Assembly: GCA_027604505.1 (NCBI GenBank)
Contig: JADIIX010000097.1
Location: forward strand, 62,001 to 83,929
Direction of reading: 5' to 3'
Source of the DNA: Gonapodya sp. JEL0774
Lineage: Eukaryota
Length of the DNA stretch: 21,929 bases
Part shown: piece by piece, positions 1 to 9,161 of the stretch
How positions within the stretch are numbered: the first letter of the stretch is position 1
How the letters are laid out: each line of letters opens with the position of its first letter
The notes under the pieces: generated by a model
The model's input: only the letters and a program-made list of their open reading frames with translations
Told to the model about the DNA's origin: nothing
The model's database searches: none
Translations under genes and position numbers: made by a program

Positions 1-277
1 TTGTAATACAGTTCTGAACAAGATGCCTGCTACTAATGGCGATATCGGTTTGCAGAAGCGCTCACTAATATTATGCTATGTAGCACAGCTTTTTCTATCA
101 CTGTACAAACCATCACGGCGCGCAGTCATTTTGGTGGGATGGGGTCACATCCGGCGGCGTTGTTCGCGAGCCGGCTAAAAATTGCAGGTGAGATAGGGAC
201 CTGCGTACCTTCAATCCTCATTATTCCAGGAACAACTGCGTTTGTTAAAAGCTCAACCCGGACCGCAAAGAACCCCC

Positions 278-290
278 TATTTAAACCAAT
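278..290 (+). promoter_or_regulatory. Possible TATA-like element (TATTTAAA) with adjacent CCAAT, ~90 nt upstream of the copy-1 DOMON-b561 ATG
   Basis: tatttaaa at 278-285 followed by ccaat at 286-290. The position is plausible, but such short motifs occur by chance. Confidence 0.25.
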
Positions 291-371
291 CGACTGTCGG
301 TCGAGCTTCCTTACATTACCAGTGCTTGCCCGCCTGTCCGGTCGAGCTTCTATCGGCCGCCAACGTCCTCA

Positions 372-2265
372 ATGTTCTCGCCAATCATCGCCCGGGCCAC
401 TGCCACGTCTCTCAGTCTCTACATCATCGCCCTCGCCCTGCTATCGTCGTCTGCTCTTGCGGGCCGGTTCTGCTCTCCAAGTGATCCCACTCTTTGCGTG
501 CAGGCTCAGGATGCCGGGAACGGGGTGGCAAGGATAACTCTGACTTGGACTCAAGCGAACGTTGGGTGAGCACAGTTGGAGTGGTGATGTTCTTTTCTTC
601 CTCCGATTGCCTCGGAGGGGAATGACTGGACATGATTCCGATTCGGGCGACGGGTGATTAGTCATGTAATGGCTGACTTGGTGGTTTTCAGATGGGCCGC
701 CTTTGGAATTGCACCGCAAGCTCAAATGCCGGGATGTGATATTTTCCTGGCCTGGCCTTCTGGCTCCAACATAATCATCTCGGACCGGATGGCTGTCGCT
801 CGGCTGGCACCTTCAGCCGATGCCTCGCAGGACATCACACTGGGTGCGGGAAGCTCCGCCACGGCTGGGAACTTCACTGTAGTTTTCTTGAGGAAGTATA
901 ACACTGGAGACTCGAGTGATAACCAACTTCGGAATGGCACCCAGACCTACGCGCTGTGAGTAACGGTGGGGTGAATTTTAGTGACTCCGTACCCGAATGA
1001 AAGCCCCCTCGAACGCAGCGCCTACAAAATCGGAGCTTCTCCTGGTTCTTCATCCACTGTGACCCTTCAACAGCACGACGCCGCTGACATCATCTCCGCC
1101 AACCTCATCGACTTCACCCCATCTACGGAGGCCGCCGCCCCCGCGACGGCTACGGGCCCCGCCGGAGCCACATCTACTGCTACCTCAGGCGGGTGAGTAA
1201 TCACTACGTGGATAAAATCGATGCATTCCTATGTATCCTGTTCTCTGCTCAACTGTGCTTCCGTACTCAATTCAGAGATCGGGCCCCCCCCTCCTCGAAT
1301 GGTGCAGCTTCGTCGGCGGCAGTAAGCGCCGAACAGCTGGATCCTTATAACAATTACTTGAAAGCGCACGGTTCTCTCATGTTCATCGCTTACGGCGTAC
1401 GTGTGTCACTTTTGATTGCCGACAACCGCCATTCTCACGCGTCTCTGACAAACCAAAATTGTGTCGTTGATGTGCAAATCAGGTTCTCGCCCCCTTCGCG
1501 GTAGCGCTCGCTTTCTACTCTCGTGGCAAGCCGTATTTCAAACTGCACTGGTACATCATGTATGTTTCGGTGCTTTGTGCCATGGCGGGTTTCGCCATGG
1601 CAGTTTACTGGACGCACATGTCGCTTGGTGCGGAGAATCACTTCAAATTGGCGAAGGAGCACACCGTCACTGGTTTGGTCATTGTTTTGGTGAGTTTTGA
1701 GAGTTCAGGGGCGGAGTGAAGTGCGTGACCACACCAAAACGTCCGCTGCAATCAAGGTGACGGTGGTTCAAGCAACTCTTGGCTATGTGATCCACGCCAT
1801 GGGTTATTCGGGTGCTCGCCCGTTGCGGAATTTGGCACACATGTTGCTTGGGGTAAGTACATTTGTGCTGAGGGCGAATTTGAAAGTATGGTCCTTTTAC
1901 AGATCCGCGCCCCCTTTTACTTACCTGTCGATATAGCGCGGATTGTTTCTTCTTGCTATTTGCGTGAGTTTGGTCCCGTAGCATCACTGAATCCACTCAA
2001 CTCAACACGTTTCGGTTGAACCCAATGAAACACTTTCGCTTTACAGAATATCGCCACTGGTCTCAACTACTACCTCACCATTTACGATCTATCTCGAACA
2101 TTGCTGTGGGTCTATGTGGGCTGCATCATCGGATATCTCGTCGCACTCTTTGTAGGCGGGTGGGGGTTGCTGGGGGAACACCGAACGGAGTGGCACGAGA
2201 AGAGATTCGGCACAACCGAGCAAACTCTATCGGATGACCGGGAGGAGAGTCATGTACAGAAATGA
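372..2265 (+). CDS. DOMON domain + cytochrome b561 membrane protein (CYBDOM / ferric-chelate reductase-like), copy 1; ~433 aa, 8 exons
   Basis: Exons 372-565, 692-955, 1019-1192, 1276-1396, 1483-1689, 1757-1852, 1937-1963, 2047-2265; all GT-AG and frame-consistent. Signal peptide (MFSPII...SSALA), then a DOMON domain (VGWAAFG..QMPGCDIFLAWP...DR...F.RK...QQHD, with the Met/His heme-ligand positions) and an S/T/A/P-rich linker. Five hydrophobic helices carry the four b561 His (AHGSLM, KLHWY, EHTVTG, AHMLLG). Confidence 0.9.
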
Positions 2266-3123
2266 CCAGGCGGTCCTGCATTTTTTTGAACAGAAATGTT
2301 GGGATACAGCGGAGGTCAATTCAACGGGCCTCACGCAGTTTACAATCCGATTTCATTTGTTTGTTCAGCCCGATTTGTCGAAACTTCTAGACGCACTAAT
2401 ATTAAACTATGACATGTATCAGACTAACTCATGTTTGCGAGCAGAAAAACAACGGGCAGTGTCTCACCTGGCTCCCTCAAAAACGGGTCACTTTGGCCTT
2501 TCAGTCGCTTGTAAGAAACTCACGACAGTATTACCACTACATTTCGCAGCGTCTACATACGATGCAGATTTCGACCGGCTCCTGGTGACTCATATTACTG
2601 ACAGTTTGGTCACACTAACAGCTCTGAAGAAAATTCCCTCACTAAGTGGTCATGGGACTATTATTTGGACCTGCAGAGCATTTGAACCACGGTATGAAAG
2701 GTTCGAGCACGAGAAGATCAATGCAGCTGTTTGAAGAACTGACAGATTGCCCGCAACACACAGGTTTTGCGAGTCTGACTCCACGAGCAGCTTCATTCTG
2801 TTTCTTGCATTTAGTGCGTGTCTGTCGTTGGTTTTGCTTTCAATAATTAAATTTGGCAGAAAATCATGTGTTTGGATCTCAGCGCAAAAGGGACACCGTC
2901 ATTGCTGAGGTGACCCTTCAGGGACTCAGGTACTTTGCAACGACGGGATTCTGTGAGAGCCGTTCCCAGCGATCGGTTCGCTAAACCAACATTTGTCATT
3001 GTTTTAAACTCCAGAAAATTCTCATCTCGTTAAATTGCTTCCTGTGTGGTGTGGTTTCATCAGGCATCGCAGCTCTGCCGTATTACACCAACGCCCGCTC
3101 TGTATTCCAGTTCTATATTCTCC

Positions 3124-5016
3124 ATGGCTTTCAACCCCACTCACCGCGCAGCCGCAGCAGTGCTAGCTGTTTGCGCTCTCGCCCTCTCAACTGCGCCATC
3201 ATCTGTCGTTGCTGGCCGTTTCTGTTCGCCAAGTGATTCAACTCTTTGTGTGCAGGCGCAGGATGCTGGGAACGGAGTCGCAAGAATAACGTTGACATGG
3301 TCCCAAACAAACGTTGGGTGAGTACTGGACGAATGAAATGCTGTTCTTGGGAGACGATGGATGACTGGCAGCGCAGTAGTTTTAAATTATACTAACCACT
3401 GGGAATTCTCATCAGTTGGGTGGCCTTTGGTATCTCACCACAAGCTCAAATGCCTGGAACAGATGTTTTCTTGGCCTGGCCTTCTGGATCCAATATCGTC
3501 ATCTCGGACCGCTATGCCTCCGCCCGACTCTCCCCATCAGTCGACGCCTCGCAAGATATCACACTGGGAACGGGCAGTTCTGCTACGGCAGGAAATTTTA
3601 CGGTGGTTTTCTTGAGGAAGTACAACACAGGAGATTCGAGTGATAGCCAACTTCGAACTGGCACCCAGACATATGCACTGTGAGTTCCGATGTCGGTGTC
3701 GATTCCTCTCACTTCCCACTTTCATCTTCATCCAATACACCTTCAAACCCAAACATTCCTTGGAACTCGCTGTCGCGAAACAGTGCCTACCGAATCGGTA
3801 CCCCTCCGAGTTCCGCTGCCGGAGTCATCCAATCTCACGACAATGCCGACATCATCTCCGCCAATCTCATTGATTTTACCCCATCCACCGAGTCTGGTAC
3901 TGCAACGACTTCTGCGAGCTCTACGACGGGCACTCCTGTTGCGAGTGCAAGCAGGTGAACCCATAACAATGGAGCCGGACGTTCAGTTCTCCAAACTCAC
4001 CATCTCTGCATCTAGTTCGCCGGCCCCACCCTCCTCCAATAGTGGCTCCAACTCCGCCCAAGTCGACGCACAACAGTTGGACCCGTACAACGCTTATCTC
4101 AAAGCGCACGGGTCGCTCATGTTCGTCGCATATGGCGTACGTGTGTCGCGCTCGGATTGATTGCAATCTTATCGACCTATTCTCACTCATCATGGAAACC
4201 ACCACTATGACGTTGTTGCACGAATCAGGTTCTTGCCCCCTTCGCCGTAGCGCTTGCCTTCTACTCCCGTGGCAAACCATACTTCCATCTACACTGGTAC
4301 ATCATGTCACTTTCTGTCACGTGTGCTCTGGCGGGATTCGCCATGTCCGTGTATTGGACCCACATGACGCTCGGTCAAGAATTCCACTTCAAATCGGCGA
4401 AGGAGCACACAATCACTGGTGTGATTATTGTTGGGGTGAGTATTGTGGTGGTCTTTAGTGATTACTTAAAAGGCGTACTGCTGACTCTCAGCACCGCCAT
4501 GATCAAGTTGACCTTGGTGCAGGTGTCAGGAGGCTATGTAATCCATGCCATGGGATACTCCGGTCCCCGTCCAGCCCGAAATTGGGCCCATATGTGGCTC
4601 GGGGTGAGTAATAATAGGTTAAACTTGCAGTTGAAGTTTCATTGATCACTGCTTTCCGTCACCTCGACTCGCTCTTTTGCTGTACTATTTAGCGGGGCTT
4701 GTTTGTGCTGGCCATTTGCGTAAGTTCTCTTGTCCAGCGTCCTTTCAATTCCTAAAAATGCACAACTCGCGAATCAACCGATCACGTTCTCTCATTCTTC
4801 CAGAATATCGCAACCGGCCTCAACTCCTACCTCAACATCTACATCCTCCCACGAACACTTTTATGGGTTTACGTGGGCTGCATTATCGCGTATCTGTTCG
4901 CGCTGTTCGGCGGGGGCTGGGTGGTTTTGGGCAATCACCGAACCGAATGGCACGAAAAGAGATTTGGTACTAGTGCGGAGACGGTTTTGGTGAGAGAGAA
5001 TGGTCACCCCAAATAG
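3124..5016 (+). CDS. DOMON domain + cytochrome b561 membrane protein, copy 2 (tandem paralog); ~430 aa, 8 exons
   Basis: Exons 3124-3317, 3416-3679, 3784-3954, 4016-4136, 4229-4435, 4508-4603, 4693-4719, 4804-5016. Same intron positions and phases as copy 1. Motifs QMPGTD, QSHD, AHGSLM, HLHWY, EHTITG and AHMWLG are all retained. Confidence 0.9.
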
Positions 5017-5291
5017 TCGTTACTGTTGAGAAACATGTCCATTGTGCATCGCGAGATTTTGAACATTGCTACATAGATGTTTGTTACCGATTATATAATT
5101 GTCGAGTGTGATGTCGCGGTAGTGTTGGGTATGAAAGATTCCTTTCATCCATGACATAGAACAGACCACGTTTTCATCATGGGATTTTCTGGTACAAAAT
5201 CATGTCTTCCAAGGGACACTCAGATATCTCCATCAGACCTGAATCCAGCGACCCGATTATTTGTAGCTTTCCCGCTGGCTCATTCTGGCTT

Positions 5292-6195
5292 TCAGGCTGG
5301 GACGTGGGCCAAGATCTACAGCTCCGTAGATATGAGTGAAGTTCGCCGAGACATACTGTTTCGAAACACAGTCGGGAGGAATACTCACATTCCCACACAT
5401 GGGGCAGAAGTGAACTCGATCCATGCAAGAAGGCATGCAACACGGCAGCCAAAAGAAGGGCCACGCAATGAAGCATAGCATTGCTGAGCGCAGGAACGCC
5501 ATGCCGCCTGTGATAGCTGGGGTGTGAACCTCGGAGAGTCTCCCAAGTAAACGGATAACAGGTTCTCACCAGGCTTTTTGTAGACTTTTGTGCGTACCCA
5601 CTGACGATCGTACGGACAGTACATCTTGAGTGGATCTAAATATGATGTTCATTATTGTTCAACCGGGCCCAGCCGTGCTTTATGTGGAACCGCAACACCG
5701 ACCTCCGGTCGAAACCACCACCCAATCATTCCGCATTACGTACTCTACGGGTACTCCCGTGTTGTTTGCGAGGTACACCGGTGGGGCTTGTCCAGGGGGA
5801 GGTGGTGGAGGCAGCGGCGTTCCCGGGGAAGAAACCGTTATCGTAGGTGGAGCAACCCCGGCTGGAGTAGCCTTTCTACCGTAACTGGTACTTGTGATGA
5901 AGCAAGATTACAAGATCAGCTTGGTCTTTCAGGTTTACACTAGATCCGAAACACCCACTAAACTTCTCGATATTCTGGTGGAGGTCTGTCCGGAAATGAT
6001 GCCGGTGGCCCAGAGGAAGCCATCTGAAATGTTGAAAAGTTAATCACATGATGGTTCATCGAGGGACCAGAGAGATCAGACTGAGACTGCACTCACATCA
6101 TCACGCGCGATGGGGTTTGACACGTCGGAATAGCTCATAGTACCTTCTGCTGCTGCTGAGATCTCGGGAAATTGAGTAAGCGTTGAATGCGCCAT
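5292..6195 (-). CDS. LITAF/SIMPLE-like zinc-ribbon monotopic membrane protein; ~184 aa, 6 exons (start codon uncertain: 6195, 6138 or 6023)
   Basis: Exons (minus) 6097-6195, 5959-6023, 5703-5884, 5570-5635, 5389-5507, 5292-5315 join in frame. Pro-rich N-terminus with two PPxY motifs (PPEY, PPVY). It continues MYCPYDRQWVRTKVYKKPGG, a hydrophobic Cys-rich stretch (AMLCFIAWPFFWLPCCMPSC), then DRVHFCPMCGNILAHVPA*, which is the LITAF layout. Confidence 0.85.
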
Positions 6196-6359
6196 CCTGT
6201 CGGAGCTGTCAGAAATGATGTCATCATAGTGACGACGTTTCCCAGCACAGCAATTTAACTGGTCAAGTCCCCAGAACATCAACAGTACGCATACGGTAAT
6301 GAAATTTGTCAGGAACCACTTTTTTCTAATGTAAGAGTTTGCATCGAATTCTACTAACT

Positions 6360-7775
6360 CTATTTCGAAATTGTTTCTCTCAGAACTCGCAGGATTGCCT
6401 CTACACCTCCATGGTTCTGACCATGCACCACTACCCTACCTACTCCTCTTGCACTATCCACTGGGAATTTGACCTTTTCTTCCTCCCACAGCCTCTTCTG
6501 CACATCATTGGGAGAGATTTTCACACCGAGACGCTTGAACGATGAGGCTAGGTCGATCCACACCATGTTGGTATCGACGCGTTTGAGGAGTATAAATCCT
6601 AGGGAGGTGAGTTCAGATCCGAGGTACGCTGCTGTGACGTGGTCGTTCTTCAGCAATGGAAGATTGTGATCAATGGCATAAGACGCTGCAGCTGCAAGGG
6701 GACCAGATTGTCGCCAGCTATGATAGAAAAATGTGGTGACTTCAATGCTCGCATCATCAGCTTCATAATCGTCCACTCACGCGCCACCAAAGATCTTCCT
6801 GTACCGGCGAACATTATCGATGTAATCCTTGTTACCCACTACGCAGCTTCCCATCATCGTTCCCAGCCCCTTCGAAAAACATACTGAAATCGAATCAGCA
6901 ATCTTCCCATAATCAGCGAGGCTGATTCCCGTCGCAATATGCGCGTTCCACAAACGAGCACCATCGAGATGAATCGGGATAACCGGATTACTGGTGCGTG
7001 AAAGACCGTGAATAGATCGGAGATTGGCAATTGGTACAATCTGTCAGACATGAGCTTTCCAGCAAGAGTGATGGCCAAGTAAACCCGAATAATCCTACCT
7101 CCCCGTCCAAAGTGTTTTCCACGCAAATTAACTTCGTGGGAGCCACGTGGTGATTGCTATAGTCTTTAAGGAATGGCTGAATGGAGTCCGCGTCGAGGTA
7201 AGACCCGGCTGGCAGGTACACTGGAACCATCTGCGCTCCTATGTTCACCCCAGAAAGATCAGCAACATCTGAGGTCCCAACCAGCAAGAAAAGCGCTCTT
7301 ACCGGTGTGATATGAAGCTGCACCAGCCTCCCACGACCACACATGTGAACGCGCGTCGACAACTATCGAAGCCGGGGGTTGTGAAATGTGTGCCCGAATA
7401 GCCAGCTGGTTTGCCATCGTGCCAGTAAGAACAAAGCAGGCAGCCTCCTTGCCAAAGAGTGTGGCGACTTTGGCCTCAAGGGCATTTGTATCGCTGTCCT
7501 CGAAATACACATCATCTCCCATGGACGCGTGAATCATCGACTGAAACATTTCCATGGTCGGAAATGTCACTGCATAGACGGAAGAGTCAAACCGACGGTG
7601 AATTTACAGATTTAATCAACTGGGATTAAACAATCAAGTACTGACCTGTGTCTGAACGAAAATCGGTATACCCCGGGGCATTAGGGGGATCGGTTCCACG
7701 TGACGGTGGGAGTTTGAACGCACGAGACGTGTCTTTGCCGCCAGTATGTCCATTCTGGGTAAGAAGAGTAGGCAT
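6360..7775 (-). CDS. GLY1: Low-specificity L-threonine aldolase (PLP-dependent, beta-eliminating lyase family); ~384 aa, 5 exons
   Basis: Exons (minus) 7646-7775, 7303-7569, 7099-7238, 6781-7040, 6360-6717. Motifs DFRSDTVT.PT, GDDVYFED, GTMANQLA, ICVENT, HLDGARLWNA, SVCFSKGLG (PLP Lys), GGAWRQSG, VDTNMVW. Confidence 0.93.
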
Positions 7776-9161
7776 GCTCAAATCAGACTCCGATCCTGGC
7801 TTTCTGTCCTTCCTGATGCTCGGAAAAACCGATCCGAAATGGTCCCATGAAATCAACAAGGATGATTTCTTCCTGGCAGAAAATGGGATTTCAATCAATC
7901 TTATATTCTCACAGCCTCACCGTTTCTGGCATAACTGGTTCAATACAGCGGTGTTTAGTGGATTGGTGTATGCGCGCCAAGATTGCATCACCCAAAGTGT
8001 ATTTCATCATGGCATACACCCGCTCCTCCGTCACAAAATATGATTCTTTCCACCGCTGGTCCAGGAAGGAAACAGTGAGTTATCCCCTCCCGTCCCAGGC
8101 AGAATCATGACTATCACAAACGCACTTCTTGAGCAAACTTCGACACACTCATGTCCATTGCCCGTCACTCAACTGTTCAGCAGCGTGGTGATTTGGCTCG
8201 GAGCTAATAATTCATCGCACATATAGCTATACTTAAGTCAAAGTAACGTAGTTGGGTGAGGTTTGGCTGTCCACAATCAAGTGAGTCGATAATTACAAAC
8301 AAATCTCCACTGGGAACAAAGAACCACAACAGCGGGAGTGGTTTAGCTTCTTGAATTTCAGCATGTTTAGTGTATTCGGATGATCAGAGACAGACAGGAT
8401 GAAAACTTAAGTGTGAGAACAAGCTAACTTTCTACTTTCTATGGACGCCAGACGGATTCTTCTCAGAACCAAACCAAAAAAAAGGGGAAGAAACTCGAAA
8501 GCGAGACTACAGGTTGATAACAGGGAGGATGGGATGGGGGGAGGGGGAACCGTGGTGATTGAAGTGTACCATCAAAACAAAAAAAACAACAAAGTTGGCC
8601 GTCGAATGTGCCCGAAAAAAAGGTTTCCCAGGTCCATCGGCCCACTCGGGAACGAAGAGCTGTTACGGGGGAATGACCGGTTGCTGATGATGACCAAATG
8701 TCCAGATGACATTGCAATAACGATGGTGGAGATGGGTTTGACTTCTGTCGAGAAGCCATGCGGTCCAGAACGCTCCATAAACCCAAATGCTCCACTGGCG
8801 CAGATATGAATCCACACCCGCAGATCTAACGGAAAGTCAACGAAATGGTGATGGAAAGTTGAAATGTACGAGTGGAGGAAAGTTGGGGGAAATGTCCAGA
8901 TAATGCAAGGAGTCCAAGGAAACAAAAGCCGTAGTTATGCCAAGAAACGACCAGAAAGCAAGGAAGGCAAAAGGTGAGAGTGAGCCGAGGATGATGTCCC
9001 TCGACCGGTCAATAACGAAGCAGGCAACTATGTCCAATCCCAGGATTCAAAGATGCCCATTTGCTAACTGCATCCAGAAGCCAAATCCACAACACAATCG
9101 ATGCAGAGACTCATCACACCATCCTCCACCATAGGCTCCGAAAGGGTGGAGCACCAATTTT

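Noticed and set aside
73..537. 154-aa plus-strand ORF upstream of and overlapping DOMON-b561 copy 1
   Set aside because: It is out of frame with the real exon 1, has no counterpart in copy 2 and has no domain features.
2234..2846. ORFs between the two DOMON-b561 copies
   Set aside because: No motifs and no coherent splice structure; likely 3' UTR/intergenic sequence.
7800..9160. Possible extra gene between GLY1 and the GATA gene (ORFs 8441-8809, 8572-8925, 8837-9037)
   Set aside because: Low-complexity, homopolymer-rich sequence (T/C-rich on the minus strand). It fits a long GATA 3' UTR plus the GLY1 promoter, and I could not build a spliced model.
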